Part shown: positions 47,821 through 55,622 of the stretch, piece by piece
Layout of the letters: each line of letters begins with the position of its first letter
How positions within the stretch are numbered: position 1 is the stretch's first letter
IMG/VR virus record: IMGVR_UViG_3300045988_122072
Coordinates: 1-64,000 of that record
Direction: 5' to 3' (one strand)
DNA: 64,000 nt
Source of the DNA: a virus
Notes under the pieces: model-generated
The model's database searches: none
The model's input: the letters and a program-made list of their open reading frames with translations, nothing else
Told to the model about the DNA's origin: nothing
Made by a program: the position numbers and the translations under genes

Positions 47821-47880
47821 TAATATAAATAATAATAATAATATAAATATTAATAAGAATAACAATATTAATAAGAATAA
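47821..47880. repeat. Nearly pure A/T tract with direct repeats
   Basis: ATATTAATAAGAATAA occurs at 47847-47862 and 47865-47880. AATATAAATA occurs twice. An (AAT)n run is present. Only 3 G/C bases in 60 nt. Confidence 0.7.
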
Positions 47881-47883
47881 TAC

Positions 47884-47908
47884 GGATTTACTATGTAAAT
47901 CCTTTTTT
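47884..47908 (+). terminator. Rho-independent terminator-like hairpin
   Basis: GGATTTA-ctatg-TAAATCC followed by TTTTTT. Confidence 0.5.
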
Positions 47909-48034
47909 ACATTTTGTCATTATATTTTGGCTAGGTATGATTCGCATTGATACATGTCTTTGGATGGTTAGAAGTAGCCCCATATATGGTACGTTTGTTT
48001 TATAATATATGTATGTGTATTATATCAACCCTCT

Positions 48035-48123
48035 AGCGAGTTTTTGCCGACTCGTTTCACTTCGTCTGCAAAAAGCGTCCCAGTCATGGGACTCTCGCTT
48101 TGTCTGGCTTGCTAAAGCAAACC
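48035..48123 (+). ncRNA. Candidate small structured RNA (strand and extent uncertain)
   Basis: Nested helices: AGCGAG (48035-40) with CUCGCU (48094-99); UUUUUGC (48041-47) with GCAAAAA (48068-74); GUCCCA-guca-UGGGAC (48077-92); then GGCUUGC-uaaa-GCAAACC (48106-23). It is a GC-richer island in an AT-rich non-coding region. A possible promoter is TTGTTT-17-TATTAT at 47995-48023. Confidence 0.25.
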
Positions 48124-48661
48124 ATCCAAAATAAGATTTGAAACGGATTTGGGCAATGATTAGTTGGTGTGTAAATGTTTGTATAGTAATTGGACAGATA
48201 TTTTTGATGAATTTTATATATTCTGGATTGAATTATAAAGAAATTGTTGGTTAAATTAGCTGTTTTACAATTTTGATGCCGTAATAATTAAGAGAAAATT
48301 TATAGCAAAAGTTTAATATATAGGTAATTATATGTTGTTATTTTACGATTCATATTGTTAATTTAATCTGATAAATGATTTGTTTTATAATTTATATAAT
48401 GGATAATTTTGTATAAAGAGACGTGTAAAATGGGTTTGATGATAGAAGATTATTAGAAAAGAGTGCCGTTTTATGTGGTAGTGGTTAACGATATTTAGAT
48501 GATATTTAGGTAATATTTGACACAATGATAGTGAAAAAGTTTAGAGAAATTTTTCTGAGTTAGTGTATATGATAACCTCGTGTACCCAACATTGAAAAAA
48601 CCATTGCAAACGCTAGTTTTATGTACCCCGGATGCGTGATTACACGTCGAAAAAATCAATT

Positions 48662-48698
48662 TTCTCAAAATATCAATTTTGAGAAGTTTTTTGCTTTT
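48662..48698 (+). terminator. Rho-independent terminator
   Basis: TTCTCAAAA-tatcaa-TTTTGAGAA followed by GTTTTTTGCTTTT. Confidence 0.55.
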
Positions 48699-48724
48699 CT
48701 GGCTGTCAAAACACAAAAAAATTG

Positions 48725-48733
48725 TGCTATGTT
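48725..48733 (+). promoter_or_regulatory. Possible extended -10 promoter for the plus arm
   Basis: TGcTATGTT lies about 75 nt upstream of the first plus-strand gene; there is no good -35. Confidence 0.25.
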
Positions 48734-48809
48734 GGTGGTGGGCAACGGCTCAGCGGTTGACTGAGTTTGTTAGCTTTAGCTACTTAACTGTAGCAGATTG
48801 GAGTTAATC

Positions 48810-49175
48810 ATGTTGAAAGTTACTTTGGCAAATGGTACTGTTATCGAGGCTTCTACCGTTGAAGAATTGGCTGCTGTTCAGTCTCTTCTTTCTTCTTCTG
48901 TTCCTAGTAAACCTACCAGGACTACTGGAATGAGTGCTGCTGAAAAGTGGGAAAAGAACAAAGCTGACAGAGCCGCTGAACGTGAGGCATTTTACAAGAC
49001 ACATAAATGTGTCAAGACAGCTGACGAAAATAGGGCTATGGTCTATGAAGCTATGGGCTATGTTCCTAAGTCTGGAATGTACTTTGACAAGGCACTTTAC
49101 AAGGCTACTGCAAAGAAACTTGGCGTTCTTGGTAAGTCCGGCAAGGTTGTCGGCACTTATGAAGAGATCAAGTAA
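48810..49175 (+). CDS. Hypothetical protein (first gene of the plus arm)
   Basis: ATG 48810 lies 6 nt after GGAG; followed by a strong terminator. Confidence 0.7.
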   Translation: MLKVTLANGTVIEASTVEELAAVQSLLSSSVPSKPTRTTGMSAAEKWEKNKADRAAEREAFYKTHKCVKTADENRAMVYEAMGYVPKSGMYFDKALYKATAKKLGVLGKSGKVVGTYEEIK

Positions 49176-49193
49176 CGCGACCTGATCCCTATA

Positions 49194-49229
49194 GCCTCTC
49201 ACCCTTCGGGGTGAGGGGCTTATTTTTTT
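49194..49229 (+). terminator. Rho-independent terminator
   Basis: GCCTCTCACCC-ttcg-GGGTGAGGGGC followed by TTATTTTTTT. Confidence 0.8.
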
Positions 49230-49423
49230 GTGTGAACGGTTTTGTATTTTTTCAAGCCGTTCACTTTTCTTATGTTCTCGTGTCTATGTGTTTTTGCATA
49301 GATGCGTTTTTATATATTTCACCGGGCTATGAGGTGTGAGTCCCCATAGCTCAACAAACAAACACCCAGTGTGAAACAGACGAGCATTATATGCGAGTCA
49401 ATAATATTTAGGAGGTACAAATT

Positions 49424-49627
49424 ATGAAAAAGTCCATTATCATCTTCTCTGCTATCTGTCTCATGCTCATTGCCTATATCATTGGTGTCAAGGTTGGTCG
49501 CAACGAGGCTATTCATAATGCTTACTTGGTGAGTGACGACGGCGATACCTACGTCATTGGTTACGGCTACAATAATGACGACGAGCTTGACGATGAATAT
49601 CATGAGTACATTCGAGAGGAGGAATAA
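49424..49627 (+). CDS. Small membrane-anchored acidic protein
   Basis: GGAGG SD; MKKSIIIFSAICLMLIAYIIGV hydrophobic N-terminus; acidic C-terminus. Confidence 0.7.
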   Translation: MKKSIIIFSAICLMLIAYIIGVKVGRNEAIHNAYLVSDDGDTYVIGYGYNNDDELDDEYHEYIREEE

Positions 49628-49630
49628 CCT

Positions 49631-49834
49631 ATGAACAAACTAACCCTTATCCAATTGCTCAACGTAGCAAACATCCCTTTCTTATCTTACACTGACAAGG
49701 TTGTCTTTGTGGTTGAGGATGAACTTCACAAATGCTTTCTCGATGAGAATGACTGTGTAGCCGCAGAAGAAACATGGTCTGACGGATGCACACTTGATGA
49801 TTATGTCAAAGAAGCTGGGAGGAATGATTTATGA
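49631..49834 (+). CDS. Small hypothetical protein
   Basis: 67 aa; GGAGGA SD. Confidence 0.65.
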   Translation: MNKLTLIQLLNVANIPFLSYTDKVVFVVEDELHKCFLDENDCVAAEETWSDGCTLDDYVKEAGRNDL

Positions 49835-49953
49835 AATGTATCGATTGTTGTTACTGTTGGAAGGACGAGGATGATAAATATCCTTGTTGTCATTGGGCAT
49901 CCAAATGTCCTGATGACATTCCACCATGTGAGGATGAGGAGGCTGATGAATAA
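49831..49953 (+). CDS. 40-aa Cys-rich peptide
   Basis: ATGA overlap with the upstream stop. GGGAGG lies 8 nt upstream. MKCIDCCYCWKDEDDKYPCCHWASKCPDDIPPCEDEEADE. Confidence 0.5.
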   Translation: MKCIDCCYCWKDEDDKYPCCHWASKCPDDIPPCEDEEADE

Positions 49954-49955
49954 AT

Positions 49956-50171
49956 ATGAGCGTTGAATTCCTACTTAAAACTCTTGCACTCAAGTGCAAA
50001 AATATCATTTGCACCGACCTTAGCATTGTGTTTGAGGTCGGTAATGTTTTGCATGAAGCAATGTATGCACATGGTCATGTCTATCAGGAGTACATCTTGG
50101 ATGACATGACGCTCAACGACTACATTGCACTTTGCAAAACTTATCATGTTCACTATCAACAAATTGCTTAG
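49956..50171 (+). CDS. Small hypothetical protein
   Basis: 71 aa, tightly packed after the previous stop. Confidence 0.6.
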   Translation: MSVEFLLKTLALKCKNIICTDLSIVFEVGNVLHEAMYAHGHVYQEYILDDMTLNDYIALCKTYHVHYQQIA

Positions 50172-50327
50172 TAGGAACACAAAATGACATTTACATTCAC
50201 TGACCTGAAGAATCTCTACTGAAGTGATAGTTATGACATCTACCAAAAAGGTATCCACTACACATTGAGTACCAAATCACTTAACTGTGATGGTATTTAT
50301 GCTCGACTCAAATTTGGAGGTAATGAT

Positions 50328-50459
50328 ATGAATGTCAACTGGGATGAGCAGTATGCTCAGCTTGAGATGGATGAGGCTTATGACAAGTATCTTGACAGGT
50401 GTGCCATACTCGGCATGCCTCCAATGCCTTTCGGTGTGTGGAAGAAGTACTACAAATAA
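50328..50459 (+). CDS. Small hypothetical protein
   Basis: ATG 50328 follows GGAGG; MNVNWDEQYAQLEMDEAYDKYL.. Confidence 0.55.
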   Translation: MNVNWDEQYAQLEMDEAYDKYLDRCAILGMPPMPFGVWKKYYK

Positions 50460-50470
50460 ACCTGTAGCAA

Positions 50471-50509
50471 AAGCCCTTGACTTATGTCGAGGGCTTCTCT
50501 ATGGGCTTA
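50471..50509 (+). repeat. Conserved intergenic hairpin element, copy 1
   Basis: AAGCCCTTGAC-ttat-GTCGAGGGCTT followed by CTCTATGGGCTTA; paralogous to 51116-51155. Confidence 0.65.
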
Positions 50510-50568
50510 TTTAATGACCACCCACTAGCAATAGGGGTTAAGGTCAAGCTCATAGGAAGGAGCAAACA

Positions 50569-50766
50569 ATGACTAAGTTTGAGCAAAGAGGTATCAATTT
50601 CCAGTATGATGCAACAACTAAGGAGCAAGCACAAAAATCTTTCCAATATTCTTGCGACTGCTGCTGCAACAAGGGTATGCGCATTGATTGCGACCACTGC
50701 GCAATCAGCTACACCCACAAAATGGTTGTGGCGTATTTTGAAACTAAGGAGGAAGAAGCCCACTAA
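50569..50766 (+). CDS. Small Cys-rich protein
   Basis: 65 aa; AGGAG SD; CDCCCNKGMRIDCDHC. Confidence 0.65.
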   Translation: MTKFEQRGINFQYDATTKEQAQKSFQYSCDCCCNKGMRIDCDHCAISYTHKMVVAYFETKEEEAH

Positions 50767-50818
50767 CAATTAAATGTCACTGGTCAAATCAACAAGTATA
50801 AAACAGGAGGATTGCAAT

Positions 50819-51013
50819 ATGACTAAACAGCAGCGAGACATCATTGACGCCAAGAAAGAAGTATTCCGTGGTTTCTGCCTCAAGTGGGACAAGGACATTG
50901 AGCGCCGCTTCCTTGATGAGTGCTCCCGGCGTCCTAATGCCGACCATCAAATCATCATGGACAGGCTGACTCATGACAAAATTCAGGAGCGTTTCGATGA
51001 GTTCTACGGATGA
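50819..51013 (+). CDS. Small hypothetical protein
   Basis: ATG 50819 follows AGGAGG. Confidence 0.6.
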   Translation: MTKQQRDIIDAKKEVFRGFCLKWDKDIERRFLDECSRRPNADHQIIMDRLTHDKIQERFDEFYG

Positions 51014-51115
51014 CTAGTTACAACCCATGCTGGCTAAGCAACGAGGTGTGCAACGTCAATAAGTCACAATTTTTCCGATGAGCCGCGCCAGTTCCAACTG
51101 AATAAAACCTATATG

Positions 51116-51155
51116 AAGCCCTTGACCTTGCGTCGAGGGTTTCCTTATGGGCTTT
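51116..51155 (+). repeat. Conserved intergenic hairpin element, copy 2
   Basis: AAGCCCTTGAC-cttgc-GTCGAGGGTTT followed by CCTTATGGGCTTT. Confidence 0.65.
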
Positions 51156-51170
51156 GCTCAGAGACTTGCA

Positions 51171-51212
51171 TAAAACACGAATCAAACAGACAAGTGTAAA
51201 ACACGAGTCAAA
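51171..51212 (+). repeat. Direct repeats TAAAACACGA(A/G)TCAAA x2
   Basis: Copies lie at 51171-51186 and 51197-51212. A partial TAAAACGTGG lies at 51231-51240. All are upstream of 51249-51746. Confidence 0.6.
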
Positions 51213-51248
51213 TTTAATAGCCGACGGGCTTAAAACGTGGAGGTTTTT

Positions 51249-51746
51249 ATGAATAAGCAGGAAGTTATGAAGGCTCTGGCTATCTGCGGTGGTATCAATC
51301 GTGTGGGCTGTGAGGAGTGTCCTTACTATGGTGTGGAGAGCTGTGATGCTCGTATGAACAACGATGCTATTGCTCTGCTCAATTCTGAGCCTGAGCATAA
51401 CTCCAAACCCGCTTATCACACCGCTTACATCTACACCAAGCACGACAACCTGAGCAAGTGGTTCAATGTGAATTGCAGCAAGTTCATTGTTGACGGCAAC
51501 ATGGAGTACTCCGCACACTTCGTAAGAGCCGAAGCACATTATGCTCAGGAGCGTATCGTTAAGCTCGTTATCCTTGTTCGTCATGAGGCTGGCAAGTGCA
51601 TTTGCCGCATCAAGTGTCCCATCAATCCTCTGCCCATTAAGGGCGAGTTTGAAACTACTGCTGCCGCTGATGTTGGCAGACTGATTATGTCCATGGGCTG
51701 GAACTTCAGCCACAAGATTGAACTCAACTCTCCGCTTTACAAATAA
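51249..51746 (+). CDS. Hypothetical protein with N-terminal Cys motif
   Basis: ATG 51249 follows GGAGG; ALAICGGINRVGCEECPYYGVESCDARMNNDAIALL. Confidence 0.7.
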   Translation: MNKQEVMKALAICGGINRVGCEECPYYGVESCDARMNNDAIALLNSEPEHNSKPAYHTAYIYTKHDNLSKWFNVNCSKFIVDGNMEYSAHFVRAEAHYAQERIVKLVILVRHEAGKCICRIKCPINPLPIKGEFETTAAADVGRLIMSMGWNFSHKIELNSPLYK

Positions 51747-51822
51747 GGCGGAGCGCAAGAAAGGGGGTGATGCCAAAACAATTATATCCACGCAAATCAT
51801 TAAATTTTAGGAGGTAAATCAA

Positions 51823-52071
51823 ATGAAACTCAAAAGCGAAATTCCTTTCATCAAGGCAAACTTCAGTAAAATCCCCAACTTGCCCGAGTATGCCGAAAGA
51901 CTCAAGGCAAATGGGAACTACAAGGACTTCGGCACTCGTCTTGCTTGGGATTGCATCCACGCAACCATCCCAAGCGAAATTGTTTGCGGCTGGTACGACA
52001 AGTACAACTGCCATGACGACCATATCACAACCGCAGCAAAAGCTGCATTAAGGGAAATGGGGGTACTCTAA
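51823..52071 (+). CDS. Small hypothetical protein
   Basis: 82 aa; GGAGG SD. Confidence 0.7.
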   Translation: MKLKSEIPFIKANFSKIPNLPEYAERLKANGNYKDFGTRLAWDCIHATIPSEIVCGWYDKYNCHDDHITTAAKAALREMGVL

Positions 52072-52244
52072 TGAAGGCAAATGAATATATGCGCCAGCTT
52101 AAAGCCGCGTTCCCAAAGGCAGATGCAATTTATGAGGACACAATCATTGATATCTGTGGCATGGAAGGGTTTCTTTCTTTAAGGGAAAGCCGCCTGATCG
52201 AACTGTGCGGTGTTCTCGAATGCAGACGACTTTATGCCATTTAA
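52071..52244 (+). CDS. 57-aa hypothetical protein
   Basis: TAATG overlap with the upstream stop; MKANEYMRQLKAAFPKADAIYEDTIIDICGMEGF.. Confidence 0.5.
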   Translation: MKANEYMRQLKAAFPKADAIYEDTIIDICGMEGFLSLRESRLIELCGVLECRRLYAI

Positions 52245-52268
52245 GGCAAATGGAAAGGAGAATGTAAA

Positions 52269-52781
52269 ATGACTGAATATCAAGCTCAAGCGAAATCATT
52301 CCTTGCTAACTGCAAGGCAACAATGGAAATCAACTTTGTTGGAAGGGAAATTCCTTCCCACTGGTTGGGCGAAACCAAGCCGCACAACAAGTATCAGTTC
52401 ACCATCACAACTCCCAAAGGCAAATACACAAGTTACTTCTGGGACAGTCTGCACAACACCGAGGTAAGCGAAATGACTGCCGATAATCTTGCGTGTAAGA
52501 AATACAAGGCACACTATGATGTGCTCAGGATGCATGAAAGAACCAATGTGTTGCGTGAACTCAGAAAACTCAAGGCAAACGCAATTCCTACCGAATACGA
52601 CATCCTTGCAGCCGTAGAGAAGTACAGCTACGACAGCTTCAGCGACTTCTGCTCCGAGTCTGGCTACAGTACCGACAGTATCTCTGCAAGGGAAACATTC
52701 CTTGCTTGTGGTGAGGAATATGCAGGGCTTCGCCGTATCTTTACGGAGGAGCAAATGGAAATGTTAAGGGAAATTAATTAA
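52269..52781 (+). CDS. Hypothetical protein
   Basis: 170 aa; AAGGAG SD. Confidence 0.7.
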   Translation: MTEYQAQAKSFLANCKATMEINFVGREIPSHWLGETKPHNKYQFTITTPKGKYTSYFWDSLHNTEVSEMTADNLACKKYKAHYDVLRMHERTNVLRELRKLKANAIPTEYDILAAVEKYSYDSFSDFCSESGYSTDSISARETFLACGEEYAGLRRIFTEEQMEMLREIN

Positions 52782-52794
52782 GGAGGTAAGGCAA

Positions 52795-53028
52795 ATGACA
52801 TTCAAGGAATTTATGCACACACCTAACTCGCACCTTGACAATCTTGCAAGGGAAGCAGAAGCTCAGAGAACTGCTGACGAGGAAGCCATCTTTGATGAAC
52901 GAATCAGCAAGGCAGAACAGTGTCTGATTGACAACGGAATTGAACCAGATGAAGCACCTGTTGTTCTTCAGGCATTGGGTTACATTCTGCTCGATGAAGA
53001 ACTTTATCCAGAGGAGGAATCAAAATGA
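52795..53028 (+). CDS. Small acidic hypothetical protein
   Basis: 77 aa; GGAGG SD. Confidence 0.7.
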   Translation: MTFKEFMHTPNSHLDNLAREAEAQRTADEEAIFDERISKAEQCLIDNGIEPDEAPVVLQALGYILLDEELYPEEESK

Positions 53029-53231
53029 CCATTCAAGATAAACTCGGCATTATTTATGCTATTTCTGATTGTTCGGGTAGGTCATGCAATAATTGTGTCG
53101 CAGGGAAAACATGTCGTGGCGGACAAAAAACCTTTGTCATTGACCTGGTAAACGAAGTTAAAGCTCTTATCAAAGAGCGAGATGAGGCAGTTGCTGAACT
53201 TGCCGCCCTCAAAGAAAAACCCGAAAATTAA
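53025..53231 (+). CDS. Small hypothetical protein
   Basis: 68 aa; ATGA overlap; CSGRSCNNCVAGKTC motif followed by a coiled coil. Confidence 0.65.
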   Translation: MTIQDKLGIIYAISDCSGRSCNNCVAGKTCRGGQKTFVIDLVNEVKALIKERDEAVAELAALKEKPEN

Positions 53232-53236
53232 ACAAT

Positions 53237-53245
53237 ACAAAATTA
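53237..53245 (+). promoter_or_regulatory. ACAAAATTA box
   Basis: AACAATACAAAATTATTA lies in the 35-nt gap before the lipoprotein gene. Confidence 0.35.
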
Positions 53246-53266
53246 TTACTGAAAGGAAATAAAACC

Positions 53267-53686
53267 ATGAAAAAGATTCTTGCTATCGTTCTTGCCCTGC
53301 TCGTTATCCTGTCCATGACTGCTTGCGCCAACTCTACCATGAAGGCAACTGAGCCTACCGAAAAGGAAAGCGATATCATTGAAGATGCATTCGTAAGCGA
53401 AATTGATGCAGAGTTCAAGTTGATTTTCGGAGATGATATGCTCTTCTCCATGTACGAGGACGAATGCTACTCCATCGTAATTAGCTTTGAAGGAATTCAG
53501 GATATCTATGATTATTATCACAGAATCCCTGACGAAGTATCTGACTCCATCGCGGAAATGAGCAACGCAACTTGTGAAGCAGGTCTTGACAATATGTTTG
53601 TGGTGGTGAGTGACATTGACCAGACAGAGCTACTCATCATCTACAACGGGACTGATGTAACGGAGGAGGTGCTCAATGCAGACTGA
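53267..53686 (+). CDS. Putative lipoprotein
   Basis: MKKILAIVLALLVILSMTAC: signal peptide with a lipobox-like MTAC. Confidence 0.7.
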   Translation: MKKILAIVLALLVILSMTACANSTMKATEPTEKESDIIEDAFVSEIDAEFKLIFGDDMLFSMYEDECYSIVISFEGIQDIYDYYHRIPDEVSDSIAEMSNATCEAGLDNMFVVVSDIDQTELLIIYNGTDVTEEVLNAD

Positions 53687-53789
53687 AATCAAATGTGAAC
53701 ATGGGCATTACGTTGTCTATGTGAATGGAAAATTCTATTGCAGCGCTGATACATACAGCGAGGCAGAAAGAGAAATTGAGGAGGATTAA
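53676..53789 (+). CDS. 37-aa small protein
   Basis: GGAGGAGG lies 6 nt upstream; MQTEIKCEHGHYVVYVNGKFYCSADTYSEAEREIEED. Confidence 0.5.
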   Translation: MQTEIKCEHGHYVVYVNGKFYCSADTYSEAEREIEED

Positions 53790-53792
53790 ATC

Positions 53793-55607
53793 ATGTTCAA
53801 TGTTGGTGACAAGGTAATTGGCGTTCCTTGTTCTCCATACAGCATCACAGGATGTGGATGGATTGGCGTTGTAACTAAAATTATAGGCGAACACACCATG
53901 AAGGTGTTCGATGAAACATCCGGCGAATTTATTGTTGAGAAAAAATATTTCAAACTGTTCAAGGCAGAAGAAAAGGAGGAAAATAAAATGGATGTAAAAG
54001 AAATTATCACTGAGGAAGAAAAGGAAATGCTTCTTGAGGACATGAAGCATCTGCTTGATGAGTATGACTACGACTACACCGAGGAAGCGCTCGACAGGAT
54101 CATTAACACATGGGCAGAAAACAAGGCAGACCTTATCACCGCTTTCAAGAAGCATCCGAACTATCTCAAAGGCAAATTCATGATTGTATTCAGCCACAAT
54201 TTTGCACGCGAGACAAGCACCAATGCGCTTAGAGACTTTGCCAAATGGCTTCTGGATTTGGACAATACACTTGCAGTAAGGGAATTCATGCCTGATGACA
54301 TGAAAGACTATTGCACGTCTTATGGTAAAAAACTTCCTGAAGCTATCTTCAATTTCGTTATCAATCTGTACCAATTTTCTGACCAGTACATTGACGAGGC
54401 AACCGCAGGTAAATTTAATGAAATGTTGCCTGACATTCACGCTCACAACGGACAGAAGATGAGCCGCGTTATGAGCAAGCTGCTCACATACATTGGCTAC
54501 AATAAGCTGCCCGACTACAATAGGGAATTTGCAAAGTATGCTGATGCAATCAATCCGCTTCAGATTGTAAGGCATACCGTTCTTTCTGTGAACCCGCTTG
54601 ATTATCTCACCATGTCGTTTGGTAATTCGTGGGCAAGCTGCCATACCATCGACAAGACCAATAAGAGAAATATGCCGAACAGTTATGAGGGGATGTATTC
54701 CTCTGGCACTGTAAGCTACATGTTGGATAAGCCTTCCATGGTATTCTATACTGTGGACGCAGCCTACGGAGGGAAAGATTTCTGGCATGAGCCTAAGATT
54801 AACCGTCAGATGTTCCATTGGGCAGAAGACAAACTCGTACAGGGCAGACTGTACCCGCAAGACAATGACGGAAACGGTGGTGCATATGCTCCTTACAGAG
54901 AAATTGTCCAAAAGATTATGTCCGAAATCTTTGAGTTTCCGAATCTGTGGACTGTCTCAAAGGGAACTGATGCGGCAAGCAAATATGTGGTATCCGAAGG
55001 CACTCACTATAGAGACTATGAGAGCTACAGTAATTGCACACTTTCTCGTCCGAAGGGAAGCGAGAATGAAGAATACTTCACCGTTGGTCATGCACCGATT
55101 TGTATCAAGTGCGGCTATGAACATGACAAACAGGGAAATATTTCTTGCTGCGCTAGTAAAGTAACTTGCGCAAATTGCGGTTGTCTCATTGAAAGTGATA
55201 GCGAAGAAGTCGTTTGGATTAACGGAGAACCGTATTGCAGCGATTGTGTAAGCTGGTGCGACTGCTGTGATAGCTACGTTGTTGGCGGTGTAACAGAAGT
55301 AGATGGTGGCAATTTTGTGTGTGACGATTGTTTGGAAGATTACTACAGACAGTGTCACGATTGTGGAGAGTACCATAGGGAAATCCGCATGGTATATGTA
55401 GATTCCATTGAAGATTATGTTTGCCGCGATTGTCTTGAAGAGAATTATTGTTTCTGCGATGACTGTGGAGAATACTTCAGAAGCGGAGACTTGACAGAGC
55501 ATAACGGACGTTGGCTATGTGATAGTTGTCTTGAAGGAGCGGAAGCACAGGAAGAAGACGATGAAGAAGAAAACTCCGAGGCAAACGCCGAAGAACAGGC
55601 TATTTAA
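53793..55607 (+). CDS. Large protein of unknown function, paralogue 1 (WASCHTIDK core, four C-terminal Zn-ribbon repeats, acidic tail)
   Basis: 604 aa; GGAGGA SD. The core NPLDYLTMSFGNSWASCHTIDKTNKRNMPNSYEGMYSSGTVSYMLD..LVQGRLYPQDNDGN aligns with 58943-60484. Confidence 0.85.
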   Translation: MFNVGDKVIGVPCSPYSITGCGWIGVVTKIIGEHTMKVFDETSGEFIVEKKYFKLFKAEEKEENKMDVKEIITEEEKEMLLEDMKHLLDEYDYDYTEEALDRIINTWAENKADLITAFKKHPNYLKGKFMIVFSHNFARETSTNALRDFAKWLLDLDNTLAVREFMPDDMKDYCTSYGKKLPEAIFNFVINLYQFSDQYIDEATAGKFNEMLPDIHAHNGQKMSRVMSKLLTYIGYNKLPDYNREFAKYADAINPLQIVRHTVLSVNPLDYLTMSFGNSWASCHTIDKTNKRNMPNSYEGMYSSGTVSYMLDKPSMVFYTVDAAYGGKDFWHEPKINRQMFHWAEDKLVQGRLYPQDNDGNGGAYAPYREIVQKIMSEIFEFPNLWTVSKGTDAASKYVVSEGTHYRDYESYSNCTLSRPKGSENEEYFTVGHAPICIKCGYEHDKQGNISCCASKVTCANCGCLIESDSEEVVWINGEPYCSDCVSWCDCCDSYVVGGVTEVDGGNFVCDDCLEDYYRQCHDCGEYHREIRMVYVDSIEDYVCRDCLEENYCFCDDCGEYFRSGDLTEHNGRWLCDSCLEGAEAQEEDDEEENSEANAEEQAI

Positions 55608-55622
55608 GGGAGGTAAATGAAT

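Noticed and set aside
48495-48716. 73-aa minus-strand ORF in the control region
   Set aside because: It has a TTG start and no SD, runs through terminator-like hairpins, and has a composition typical of random AT-rich sequence.
47673-48797. A tRNA, tmRNA or CRISPR array in the long non-coding region
   Set aside because: No cloverleaf with a GTTCGAATC-like T-arm was seen, and there is no regularly spaced repeat-spacer structure. The repeats are short iterons and A/T direct repeats only.
48804-49202. 132-aa minus-strand ORF antisense to the first plus-arm gene
   Set aside because: The plus-strand ORF has an SD and is followed by a strong terminator in its own orientation. The antisense ORF has neither.
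51018-51800. 260-aa minus-strand ORF
   Set aside because: It is antisense to 51249-51746, which has a GGAGG SD. It has no SD of its own, and spans an intergenic region containing repeats.
53673-54911. 412-aa minus-strand ORF
   Set aside because: It is antisense to the 604-aa gene, whose reality is supported by a paralogue (58943-60484). The antisense product is Cys/Phe/Ile-rich with no motif and no SD.
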